Source of the DNA: Eledone cirrhosa
Taxonomy: Eukaryota
Direction: 5' to 3'
DNA length: 64,000 nt
NCBI GenBank assembly: GCA_964016885.1
Contig: OZ024743.1
Location: 72,664,001 to 72,728,000 of the forward strand
Positions 51,330-64,000 of this stretch are shown here, one piece after another. A program made the translations under genes and the position numbers. Numbering within the stretch: position 1 is the first letter of the stretch; the number at the start of each line of letters is the position of its first letter. The notes beneath the pieces are model-generated. The model saw only the letters and a list, made by a program, of their open reading frames with translations, searched no databases and was not told the DNA's origin.

Positions 51330-54300
51330 ATGCTTACAGCTTTCCCTGCCACTGTCATAGTAGCAGATGTCAAAGACAAAGGTCAGCCAGAGGAAGAATG
51401 TTCTCCACCTGCTTACCGACAACTTGACGTTGCCATGGCAACAAACCAAAACAACACAACCAGCGGCACCAGCAACAGCAATAACAACAATGCTATGAAC
51501 GAAAATACAACTTCACAAATGAATTCCGCAACCACAGATCAAGCAATTGAGAACTACAAAAACAACAACAACAACAACGACAACAATGACAACAACAAAA
51601 ACAACAGCAACAATGATGACAACAACACCAACAGCAGCAACAATAATGACAACAACACCAACAAGAACAACTCCACCACAAGGAAAAAAAGGACTCATTG
51701 CACAAAGTGTCCAAAATACAGAACTATATACACAGATTGATATCTCTAATGCCGGAGAATTGCTAAGAGATGCCAAGCAATATATAACTTTTGGGGAGAA
51801 AGGCGCTTTTAGCATCACTTCTCCCCAAGAATTGCGTAGAGACACTGTCCTGAACACCAAAGTTTTTAGGACAATCTCAAATACCACCAGAAAACCAGCT
51901 CAATTAACTCAAAAGGAAATTGAGCTGGTTCTAAGAAACTCCATGAAGGGCATTGCCTTTATACGGAAGGGAAAACTCTTCGAGAGTTTATCAATAATAA
52001 TTGTTTCTACTTTAGGCACAAGGCCAGCAATTACTCAGTACATTGCTGATACTTTATTTTATCGACCCCGTAAGGATGAAAGGCAAAGTTAACCTCGGCG
52101 ATAATGAAAGACCATTTGACGGCACAGAAATATTGTGTCGCCAATCGTGTCCCCCCTCTAGACCTTTTTCCCCATATACATGGGAAAAATGACCCAAAAA
52201 ATAAAAATAACAAATATCACACCAAATGTAAACATCTGGTGGATAATAGCTGGTTTCATCAATTTTGATGAAGATACGGTAATTTCGGTAGGAATGTCCT
52301 CCAGGGGCATATTCAACGGTACAAGCTTAGAAGTTCTGGTCCAAATGAGACCAGAACGGATAGCTAGAATACCACAATGTGTGCCTCTGGATGGAAATTC
52401 CTACATAAACATTTCTGTTTAAGCAGTCGCCACCTGAGGGCATCCTGTCCTCAATTAACTGCATTAAAAAAAGGCACTACTGCCGACACCACACAACAAT
52501 AAAACCACCACCACCCCCACAACAACAACACACATAAACAAACCAAACTGCAAACACAGTCCCACCCAACCCCTCCGCACCTAAAACAATTCAAGAAACA
52601 CCTACACACATAACAGCTCCTCAAAATGTACCCCTCCCCAACAACACAGATGAGGCCTCATCCTCGTCACCCATTGACGATGAAGGAGAGCCTTTCCGAC
52701 AAGTAAAAAGAAAAAAGAAAAGACATAACACAAACAAAAATGCAACAAGCACACAAACACCAATACAAGCGACGCAAACAGCACAAACAAAAACACCCCC
52801 TCCTGAAAACAAAACACCTACTACAAAACGTAAACACACACAAGAAACACAGAAAAAAAGCAACACAACACAACAAAAATGTTACACCTACATAAATATT
52901 AACAATAAAACTTTAACAGACACCATATATAAAAACCCTTCGGTGGAGACAGAAAGGGAAAACTATTACACACTCTGCGGAGAATCCTAATCTTAAAATG
53001 ATTAATATCTCCATGGACACAAAGAAAAAGTAAAAAAAAAAATTTCCTAACGACGTAGGTAACCCCTACGTCAAACCCTTTAACCGCATCCTTTTGAAAT
53101 GTTCCCCACCCCACCCTAGACACCCCACCCCACCAACAGCCCCTCCCAACCAAACATCTCCGTCCCCACCTTGCCAGAGACCACCACCCCACCAAACAAC
53201 CCCTCCAACACCTCCATGGAAATTGTGCAGCCTGGTCACCAGGAGACGAAGAAGTGAGTGATCTCTTTCCTCCTCTTTTAACTTTTCAGCACCAACATGG
53301 CCAATATAAGAATTGGATGTGTGAATGTACGCGGCTTGGGGATGCCCCAGAAACAAGGCAAACTCTTAAACGACCTCAGGTCGCACAGCATGGATGTAGT
53401 AGCCATTTGCGAGTCCAGGATCCACAGCGAGCGACAACTGGCCCACATCTTAGCGACGACTTTGAGATCTACGCATCTCTCTGTCAGCCGGGAGGTGGGG
53501 GTGGGGTTGCCGTTTTGCTGCGGAAACACCTGGACCTCGTAACACAGACGGTACTTCTAGACCCGGAGGGTCGGCTGGTGGTCCTAGACGTTGACAGTAG
53601 TGAAGGTGGAGCCTTCAGGCTGGTGGCCTCATATGCCCCGTCCGGGACACCGCGGCCATACTTCTTCAAACGTCTAGAGACTTTTCTGGGAACGTCTCGG
53701 TCCCTGCTGACAGTGGGGGACTGGAATGGAATCCTAGTTGCCCGTTGGGACTATGTGGGAGTATGTCCCGATAGAGGGGGGGGGGGGTGTAACAGCCTCA
53801 AGCAGTTAATCGGCCGATTTGACCTGGCCGATAGATATCGACTAGATTTTCCTACTGTGCCACTGTGGACGTGGTCTAATCGTAGCGAAACATCTAGATC
53901 ATACCTAGATAGGGTTCTAGTTAGAAAGAAGGATAGGGACATGTTAAGCTGTCCACAAATGTTCGTGGTTGCCTATTCAGATCACAAATTAGTGACCTGC
54001 TTAGTCAACCTTGACAAAAGGCATAGACAGGGACCCAGCTACTGGAAGCTGAACTTGTCATTACCGACATGCAAAGCCTACGGTAGTCGGATTAGCACTT
54101 TAGTTAAACAGCACTCTACGGGGGCCATTGTCAACAACAGATGGTGGTACTCTCTCAAGGGGGCAATTAGATTAGACTCGATAGGTTTTAGTAAAGAATT
54201 AATGTTAGATAGAAATTAGACCGAAAAGGAACTGGTAGATAAAGTAGAAGAGGTACTTAGGAGTGGCAACATAGCCAGCGCGCTAGCAACTAGAACGGCC

Positions 54301-56870
54301 TTGGACCAGTTATTCGACGCAAAGCATGAAGGCTGCGTTGTCAGAAGTAAAATAGTGCTCTGGGAAACGAGGGCGCCAAAGCTGTTAGCTGGGCCCAAGT
54401 GAGGGATGCGAAAATGGCAACAAGTCCACGATTCGGTCTTTGAAGGAGCATGATGGACGCGTGCGACGTGAGCCGAAGCAGATGTGCGCGGCCTTTCAGC
54501 GGCACTTTGCTCAACTGTTCGGGCAGGGCGGCGCGCCGGGAGGGTCTATGGATATAGGTCCATACCTCGACGGCCTACCGCGACTCTCGGGCAGCGAGGC
54601 GAAGTTCTGCGAAAGGCCGATTTCGGCCGCTGAAATACGGGACGCGCTGAGCCAATGTGGCAAACACAAATCTCCAGGTCTCGACGGTCTATCCTACGAA
54701 TTTTCCGTAGCAATGCCGGACTTGTTCTCCGGTCTCCTGGAAGCGGTCTACTGCAACTCGCAGCAGAACGGGAGAATTCCCAGTTACGGCCCATAACTCT
54801 GTTCAACACAGGGTTACAGATTTTGGCAAAGGTGTTGGCAAAGAGGTTGGCGCTTGTCGTCGCAAACCTGGTGGGAGAAGCGCAGACATGCGCAATCCCG
54901 ACCAGGTCCATACACGACAACCTCCACCTCATGCGATACATCATATAGAACGAGAGTGTAAACCCGGCTTTGGTGGAGCCCTGATCAATTTGGATCCATC
55001 TAAGGTTTCCGATAGGGTTGACCATCGTTACCTGGATGCGCTGCTCGAGGCGGCAGGCTTCGGACCCGTGTTCAGGGGTTGGATTGCTGCAATGCACAGC
55101 AGCAACATCTGCTCAAGGGTCAAAGTGAACGGCTACCTCTCGGAGCCGTTCCATATCACGCGATGCATCCGACAGGGATGCCCTCTCTCCACCCTTCTGT
55201 TCGTAGTGACTCTCGAGCCACTACTGCGGAAGTTGGAGCTATTGCAGGGCATCCCTTTGGAACCGGGACTGCGTGAGAGTAATGGCGTCGAGCACCTCGC
55301 AAATCGGGGAGATCGGCATATTACTGGAGGAAAACGAAAGGTTCACAGGAGCGAAGATGTACCGGGACAAATCTGTCGGTTTTCAACTCGGAACGTGGAG
55401 AGGCAAACCGATGCCTTCCGATGGCGTCTTCGGACGCTGGACGGAAGGACCGGTAATGCTGCTCGGGTTCTGGTTTGGTCCGGACCTCCAGGTGTAGAAG
55501 AACTGGAACGAGGTGACGGCAGAGGTGTTTGCGCTCACCCAGAAGTGGGCCGAGTGCAAACTATCCTTCAAAGGTCGAGCGGAGGGGGGCGAGCACTTTT
55601 ATAGCGTCCGTCATCTACTACCGCTTGACCGTCGTGTCTTATCCAGTCAAAACGCTCACCAAAATGGAGCGCGCGCTCTTCCAATTGCTTTGGAAGAAAC
55701 GGGCTCATTTGGTGAGAAGATCCATCTGCTGCCAACACCCTTCAAACGGAGGGCTGGGGGTGCCGTGGCTGACGATGCGCAAACACGCGCTCTGGCTGCG
55801 GCACCTCCACGTGTTCCTCACCAGACAACCGGTGTGGGCACCGTTCGTGAGGCGAGCCTTCCCACGACTCGTCTCGCTGACCGAGCTGCAGTCCTGGGTT
55901 AAGCAAAGACCGAGGTAAATGGGCGACTGGCACATCGAATGTGTTCAGGCGCTTACAATCCTCTGGCAAACGGCCCGGCGATCAGTGGAGACTCCACTCC
56001 GACATTCTATAGAGGCTTGGTCCGCAGCAACTGCGACGACAGGCTTGGAGAAACTCTAGGCGTAGAAGAGGACGAACTGGCCAGTCTGTTCGGTAGGACC
56101 TTCCACCCGGGACCAATGGACAACTTCCAAAAGTCCCTGGCCTGGCAGTATTACTGAGAAGCTCTACCAGTTCGAGACAAGCTCTACAGACAGGGACACC
56201 CGGGTAGGGACCCTTCGAAAAAGATATGTCCGTGATGCGTGCGCGACGAGGAAACCATTGCGCGCGCATTTGTACACTTCCCGGGCGTTACCGACCTGTG
56301 GGGCTATGTAGAACGACTATTGTCGCGGGTGGGACCAATCCAGTTGACCACCGAGTCCATTGTCATGATCAAACCGCCACCCTCCTTCAAAAACGAGGGA
56401 GAGGCGGTTTTCCTATGTGTTATGGCTATGGTGAAAGAGGTTATATGGTAGACGAGGTTAAAAGGGCTGAGGTCAGACACCTTTCTCTCCGGCGAGCAAG
56501 TGATTCATTTTTTCAAATATCATTTTGGAAGAAGAATCAGGGTGGAGAGAGAGGAGCTGTAACTCAGCAATTTGGGTGAATGTGGCAAAGATGGCCCGAG
56601 TGGTTGGGCCTTCTCTCTATATAAGCCTGTAGGTTGAGGAAAAAGAAGAAGAGAGGAAGGGTGTACTCACTCTTGGTGCTCCTGGAGATGAGGGTTGTAC
56701 ATTTTTTCGGGGTGTGTACAACCCCTGTGTAACGCCTCCCCCTATTGTGATATCAATTGTTATTTGTTATTTTATTAAATGTTTTATTTTCACATACCTG
56801 TATGTAAACACCCCATTTGTATTTGTCCCCTTCTTTTGTGCCCTTGTGGCTAATAAAGAAATTTATCTTT
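51330..56870 (+). mobile_element. Decayed Tx1/L1-type LINE (copy B)
   Basis: Asn-rich ORF1 remnants; ORF2 from 53297 MANIRIGCVNVRGLG, YAP, GDWN, YLDRVL..SDH, YWKLN, KSPGLDG, RQGCPLS; AATAAA at about 56852; SINE family 1 fragment inserted at 51993-52100. Confidence 0.9.
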
Positions 56871-57510
56871 CACTCTGTGCATATGGAGGGTGAGTGACAG
56901 AGGAAAAGATATACGTAAACATCGATATATACATACACGCATCCAAACACACCAACACATACACTCGCAAGCACCCAGGTGCAGCTATTCATTTATATAT
57001 GTATATATATATGTGTGTGTGTGTTTATGTGTGTGTGTGTGTGTGAGTATGTGTATGAAGGCGTGTGTCTAGTGCTTAGTGAATTGGATTTGCAATTGTG
57101 AGCTTGTGAGTTCGATTTCGGGACCAGATGATGCGTCATGTCCTTGAGCAAGACACTTTATTCTCCGTTGCTCCTTCTGTTTGGATTGGCGACTGGTAGA
57201 TATTATTAGCAATTGGATAGACGAATAGAAACATTGTTTCCTAGGTCCAATTTGACGAATGAGGTCTGGTATCCTCTCGATTGACTATTATATACATATA
57301 TATATATATATACATATACAGTCCCAATTGCTTATACTATCTATCGGTCGCAACTCCAGGTAAAAGGAGCAACGTGTAATAGAGAGCCTTACTGTAGGAC
57401 ATAACGCTTCGCCCGGTCCGGGAATCGAACTCACAACCTCACTATTGCGAATCCAATTCTCTAACTGCTCAGCCACGCGCCTTCACAAAAGTCGATCGAC
57501 TGTCGGTATT

Positions 57511-57550
<40 letters not shown>

Positions 57551-57816
57551 ATTTTGTATGTATGTGGGATAAAACAAAATCAGGCTTAACATTCATTGCA
57601 ATGTGTCGTTCCTGCTATTTATTTCAATACACTAACTGTCCATTCTTAAGCTCCCATAATGTAATTCTTGAAGTGACTCTCTAGCGTTTACAAATGTATC
57701 ATTATCACGTAAGAATATATGTAAACATTGTTTAAAAAAATCCTTAAAGACGTCAAACCATATCATTTGTTCCCTATGAAACATCATGAAAATATTGGTC
57801 GGTGATTTAATGATAT

Positions 57817-57978
57817 AACTGTTTCTACTTATGGCACAAGGCCAGCAATTACCCAGTACATTACTGGTACTCTATTTTATCGACCCCGTAAGGATGAAAG
57901 GCAAAGTGAACCTCGGCGGGACTTGAACTCAGACCGTAAAGCATGGCGTCCGACTCTCTACCGATACTGCCAATCGAC
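57817..57978 (-). mobile_element. SINE family 1
   Basis: Reverse-complement copy with an internal deletion. Confidence 0.8.
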
Positions 57979-57994
57979 CTCCCTCGATATAACT

Positions 57995-58450
57995 TGTATG
58001 ACTTTGCTCTGGACGCTGCAGCTTACCTCCTCATGTGGGGCTGGACTGTGTGGACGGCAAAAGGCCAGATGGCATGAACATCTTCCCGTTCCGCGGTGGC
58101 TAACCACTCGTCTGGGATGCTACTTGCACCGACACATTCTCCAGTCGCAACCTGGTGCAGTCTGAGACTAACACGGGTTCTGCTACACGTCGGGCTAAGG
58201 AGGCCAAACTTTTGAAATGCCAGTCGCTCTCCAACAAATTTGCGGTTGTACACTTGGCAGTGGAGACTTCTAGTGTTCTCGGCCCTAGGCCTACCTCCCT
58301 ACTCAGCACCATAGACGCTGATCTGGCCAGCCGTAGGTGCGAGCCTTGCGAGCTGGAATGGCTTTTCCAGCGCGTCTCCCTTGCCGTTCACCGAGGAAAT
58401 GCCTTCTCTATTCTATCCGCCGGGGCTGTGGGGAGGCCACCAATATGATT
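57995..58450 (+). pseudogene. CRE-like non-LTR retrotransposon RLE domain
   Basis: DGKRPDGMNIFPF..LVWDATCTDT..EAK..LAVETSSVLGP..WLFQRVSLAVHRGNA. Confidence 0.8.
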
Positions 58451-59784
58451 GACTGACTTGTCATTTTATAAGCCAAATGTTTTAGATATCTTCTTTGTGA
58501 AAGTGGAGTTGTGATCAAGGATGTGGGGTTCAACAGATCAGGATCCAATTGGAGCAATAGAAAATTATCTTGGTTTAAATATACACTAAGCTCAATCAAA
58601 TGATTTTATGAGTTTCTTTCTATTGATTTAGGCATTGGACACAGGGCAGCCGTTATACGGTAACCAATACCCCAACAGCATGTTAGTAACATAAGTGGCA
58701 GGATGGAATTAATACTGAGGGTTTCCGGACCGAGAGATCTTATTAATATAATGCTATAAACTGGCCTGTAACCACACCCACGATTCTGTGAAACTACTGT
58801 GAAACTTCAAAAGGTTCATGTTTCTTCTATCACATTTATAAAAATAACTCTATATGTATCACCTGATTCTGTATATATTGGGTTGTAACATAAATCCCCG
58901 CCGTTTTATTATTAAGAAGTTTAATAACAACGGCGGGAAGGTTTGTTACAACCCAATATTTCGTATATGTTGGAGGATAATGATAAATTGTTCCAGAAAC
59001 CATAATGCCGTTTCTTGGTGGCTGAACTTGCCTCTTCTTAGCATTGATCATAGTTTTCGATACAAACTTTAAAAACCAAATCTGAAACTCAAATTACAAA
59101 CACCATCATGCCGTTCGATTTTGGCTATAATAAATGACGTCACTGTCTGTTAGAGGATCGAAGTTCATACTGTATTGTTAAGCTTGATGCTTTTCGTGTG
59201 TATCGTGAATAGTATAAATTTAAAATGCCTAGCTCATCATTCATGTCGAATCATTTTTTTTATATTATGCAGAGGCAGTTCTATATATTTATTCACTGAG
59301 CTTTCTATTTCTGTATACAGTATGTTTCCGCTTTAATTGAAGTGGTGTTGCAACGATTCTGACTTCAGACTACGTGACATGAAACTATTCAGAGTTTGTT
59401 AATAGACTAGATAAGCTAACACCTAATTAATTGTGAATAAGGTATCGGTCAACTATATCTATGTCAGTTATTGTATAACAATTGCAGACATTTCCTTCTG
59501 ACTCTACGTAATGCATTTTCTTCTAATACATTCTGTTCACTTAATGAAAGGAATCGATTCCAGACGTCTAGAATTTTATATGAGAGAACTATACCTTGTA
59601 TAGGTAATATTTTAGTGTCCTATTGATCACTTGATTCCCACGTTCATATCCTATTATCGACATTGTACTAAAGGAGCATAAATCCACACCGTAATCAGAC
59701 AAAGCATGTCTTTCACATAACCTACAGTTTCTAGTGTACGGTGGGATGTGGGTAAAAAGAAACCTGCAGGTATGTATACATATA

Positions 59785-59979
59785 ACGAAGGAAGTGTGGT
59801 AAGGAACCAGGTGAACCATAACGCACCAGAGTACTCGATACTTTGGGTATTAGAGTGGGTAATAGGAAAATAGTCAGGACCCCGACGGCAGAGCTCAAGC
59901 CATTTCGACAGCTATTTCTAAGTCCAGAAGTAGCTGTCGAAACGGATTGAGCTCTGCCGTCGGGGTCCTGACTATCTTC

Positions 59980-59980
<1 letters not shown>
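59785..59980. repeat. Second copy of the hairpin element (106-bp near-perfect palindrome 59870-59975)
   Basis: atagtcaggaccccgacggcagagctc...gagctctgccgtcggggtcctgactat. Confidence 0.85.
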
Positions 59981-60010
<30 letters not shown>

Positions 60011-60499
60011 CAGTGATATAGAGAGAGGGAGTGTGTGTGTGAGTGCGTGTGTGTATTTATGTGTGGGAGGGGTGAGTAAATTCGTTCATTGAACCATAAT
60101 CTAATGATTGGATATATATTTAACATATCAACAACAACAACAACAATAATGATTTCGGCTTAAGGCACAAGGCAAATCATTTTGCTTGAGAGGAATGTCG
60201 ATTAAATCGACCCCTCTGCATTACTGGTACTATATTTTATCGACCTCGTCAGAATGAAAGGCAAATATAACATCGGCGCAATTTGAACTGAAAACGTAAA
60301 GGGCCAGATCTCTATGCCGTAAAGCATGTTGTCCGACGCGCTAGCAATACTGCCAAATAATAATTTTATCTTGAAATAGAGCAAATAATTTGCTATTGAT
60401 CCCATTACTAATATCCAGGCTGGACACACCTAGGGAATTCTGGCAACTGTTGATGGAATGTAAGTCAATTTAATGGTTAAAAAAAAAGGACAAGAACAA

Positions 60500-61470
60500 T
60501 TAACATCGAGTTGGGAGCAGAAGCTCTCCATGGCAAATATGTGGCCCGTAGTAAACAAGCTGATGTTGATCAGATGCACACCCATCAGCGGTTAGGTAGC
60601 TCAGGGCTACATCCACAGAGTAAAAGTTTCTTCTAAGCTGCCCAAGATCAAAGCTTATTAACTCGGAGCTTGTAATATGTGGCCCGTAGCATCTTTGCTA
60701 CGGGCCACATATTTGCTGATGTTGATCAGATGCACACCCATCAGCGGCTAGGTAGCACAAGGCTACATCCACAGAGTAAAGGTGTCATTTAAGCTGCGCA
60801 ATATCAAAGCTTATTAACACAGAACCTAGAGCAGATCCAATGTGCCGATTCTGTAATGATGTTATTAACACTGTGAACAAAATGATCGCTGGATGTAAAC
60901 CTTTACCAGTAGAGTATGTAAACCTTTACCAGTAGGCATGAGAGAATTGGCCAATACCTACATTGGTTAATATTTCGCCAGAGGTTAACTTTGCCTTTCA
61001 TTCTTACGGGGTCGATAAAATAAAGTACCAGTAATGCACTGGATTAATTGCTGGCCTTGTGCCAAAAGTAGAAATAATTATAAATTGGTACAAGCATCAG
61101 TCTGAGACTAAAGTAGAAAATGTAACGAATTTTTGGCACATTTCTGTACATACTGACAGGACCATCAAAGGTAATAGACCGGATATTATTGTAAAAGACC
61201 AAAATATCAAAGCGTGTTTATTGATTTGTATGAAAATTCCATGTGATCACAATATTACGGTTAAAGGATTTGACAAGCTTAAAAAATATGAAATCTTGCA
61301 GAATGAAAATTAAAAAAATGTGGCATCTGGAGGTGGTCTCCATGCTAGTCATTGTAGAAGCACTAGGCATGATACAAAAGGAACGGAAAATTATTTTAGA
61401 ATGAGCGCTGGCTTGCCATCACTGCAAGATGTGCAAACAATTGGTTTTAACTGTTACAACATACATAGTG
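60500..61470 (+). pseudogene. Decayed R4/Dong-like LINE C-terminal region
   Basis: LHGKYV..ADVD..AAQDQSLLTR, CRFC..MIAGC, RHERIGQYLHW, HTDRTIKGNRPDIIVKD; local duplication/inversion at 60537-60820; SINE inserted at 60980-61080. Confidence 0.8.
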
Positions 61471-61769
61471 AAAAAAATGAATATAATATTGTGATAACGA
61501 AAATCATTCTATGTAATATTTTTTACCTAACTGTATTAGCTTATATTTCATAATTATTGAGCCCTCTTATATAATTGAATGTATGTTGTAAATATAACAT
61601 TAAACAGACAATGTGAATATTTATTTTTAGCTGTGTAATGTGTGTGACATGAACAATCTGGTGGGTTTATGTTTGTGTCTTATCAATTTATAGAGTAGGT
61701 TTCTCCGCTTTAATTTTCTGGAAGACACTTGGCATGGTATGAAGGAAAAGGAAAAAGACAATACTCTTA

Positions 61770-64000
61770 CTACTACTACTACTAATAATAATAATAATGC
61801 TTTCTTTATTAACCAGAAGGGTTTACATAAAGTAGACATTAAGGACAGTACAGGAAAATACAGGACGGTACAAATGGGCATTTCTGTGTGTAAAAAACAG
61901 AGGATGTAACAAAAAAATAACAATGAAAAATTCCCCAATAGGGGGGAAACTTCCGAGGGACATTTGTGGAGAAAGCCCATTGAAAGACCACAGTGACACT
62001 GACCACCAGGGCAAGTGCCCTCTCCCAGTTTTCCACCTTTAATTTACAGACACATACTCAGATTAGGCCCATTCACTCGGGCCATTCTTGCTTCTCTCAC
62101 CCATCTTTCAACAAAATGCTGGGAAGAGAGCACTTCCCTCTCTACTCTTATTTTCCTTTTCAAATGAAATTTGAAAAAGTCAATCAGGGCATCACCGAAG
62201 AGGTAAGGTGCTCGTCTTCAGCCCTTTCAAACGTGTCCACATTACTATCTCTTTCGCCATGGCCACCAGACAGATTAAAACTGCGTGCCCTTCCCGGCTA
62301 AAGGAAGACGGCGGGGCAATCCTCACGATTGACTCAGCTGATAGATGGATCCGTCCTACACGTGACAGCAGGTGTTCGATATAAACCCACAAGTCAGCAA
62401 TGCTCGGACACTGTACGAGTGCGTGCAGGACGGTTTCGTCGCCCTGCGCGCATCTCGAACATGCCCGGCTGACGGCACCTCCATGCCTGTAGAGTTTATC
62501 CCGAACTGGCAAAGCTCCTCGGTAGCACTGCCAGGCCACGGATTTCTGGAAGTTGTCCATAGGCCCCGGCCCAAAAGTTCTTCCGAAGAGATTGGCTAGT
62601 TGATTTTCGTCGACGCCTAGAGTTTCTCCAAGTACGTAGTCACTCTTCCCCTCCACTAATCCCCTATAGAACGCAAAGGTGGAGTTTCCACCGATCACAT
62701 TGCCCGATTGGTCGAGGGCTGTGAGCGCCTGAAGACATTCCAGTCTCCAAGCGCACCCTCTCGGTCTTCGCTTGACCCAGGACTGCAGCTCCGTCAAGGA
62801 GACGAGCTGGGGAAAGACGTGTCTAGCAAACGGAGACCACACCTGATCATCGTGGAGAAAAAGGTGGAGATGTCGTAGCCTGAGCGCGTGTCTGCGCATC
62901 ATCACCCACGGCATGCCCAGCCCTCCACGTAGCGGGTGTTGACAGCAGATGGACCGCCTGACCATCGGGCGCGTCCCTTCCACAAAAAGCGAAAGAGCAA
63001 ACGCTGCAGCGCAGTCAGGCGTGGCTTAGGACAAGGTACGACGGTCAGGCGGTAGTAGATGATGGACGCGATATACGCGCTAGCCACCTCCGCTCGACCT
63101 TTCAGGGATAGCTGCCTCTCCACCCATTTCTGGGTGAGAGAAGCCACCCTGCTCGTCACCTCGTCCCAGTTGTTGTCCGATTGGAGGTCCGGACCGAACC
63201 AGACCTCTAGCAATTCAACCGATCCGTCCGTCCAGCGCCCGACGACGCTGTTGGACGGCATGGACCTGCCTCTCCATTTGCCGAGCTGCAGGCCCACTGA
63301 CTTTTCCTGGTTGATCATTGCTCCTGTCACCGCTTCGTATTCTCTTAGTGTAGTGCCGATCGCCTCGATGTGTTTGGCGTTCGACACCACTACGGTGACA
63401 TCGTCCACATATGCTGACACAGACCTTCGACATCCTAGTTCGCACGGGACCCTCCTCAACTACTCCAGTTTGTGCAGTAATGGCTCGAGAGTCAATACGT
63501 ACAAGAGGGACGAGATGGGACATCCTTGGCGGACCGAGCGCATGATGTTGAACGGTTCCGAAAGGTGACCGTTCACTCTCACCACAGAGCAGATGTCACT
63601 GTGCATGGAAGCGATCCAGCCTCTGAAGACGGGCCCAATCCAGCCGCCCTCAGGGCTGCCGCTAGGTAACGATTGTCGACCCTATCGAAAGCTTTCGACT
63701 GATCTAAATTGATCAAGTACCCACCCGTGCCAGGTTCCCTAGCTACCCTCTCTACGATGTATCCCATGAGGTGGAGGTTGTCGTGGATGGATCTGTCGGG
63801 AATGGCGCATGTCTGCGCCTCTCCCACCAGACCACCAACGACAAGCGCCAACCTCTTTGCTAGCACCTTGGCCAAAATCTTGAACTCTGTGTTTAGCAGT
63901 GTTATGGGCCTAAAATTATCTATGTTATACCCCTTGTTCGGATCCTTTCTCAGCAGCGCCACAGCTCCTCGGCTCACAGAGCTGGGAATTCTCCCGTGCT
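61770..64000 (-). mobile_element. Tx1/L1-type LINE 3' part (copy C), continues beyond the window
   Basis: NFRPITLLNTEFKILAK, DQSKAFDRV, AYVDD, CSRCAQGDETVLHALVQC; AATAAA and (TAT)/(TAG)n tail. Confidence 0.9.

Overview
AT-rich eukaryotic intergenic/intronic DNA packed with microsatellites and retroelement debris. The SINE types and repeat landscape suggest a cephalopod (octopus-like) genome, which is an inference. No host gene is convincingly present. Coding remnants: Penelope-like elements (PLEs; RT + C-terminal GIY-YIG, one long open ORF at 4814-6901, a large inverted structure at 17.4-22.2 kb, and a second PLE lineage running off the left edge), three decayed Tx1/L1-type LINEs, an RTE 3' end, R4/Dong-like and CRE-like RLE fragments, one decayed Gypsy LTR element with a -1 frameshift signal, and many tRNA-derived SINEs. 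The main observation, from reading both strands by eye, is more than 20 hammerhead-ribozyme (HHR) motifs in about a dozen sequence families. They are minimal type I HHRs with self-complementary stem III, and include U3-A8 core variants and large stem II insertions. Many sit in short non-coding units (about 430-700 bp) arranged as tandem plus fold-back arrays inserted at (TA)n tracts. The clearest is a 467-bp x ~7.2 array at 47.5-50.9 kb with one HHR in each unit that spans that position (7 in total). This looks like a community of non-autonomous PLE-dependent 'retrozymes'. Folds were assigned manually and no activity is demonstrated.
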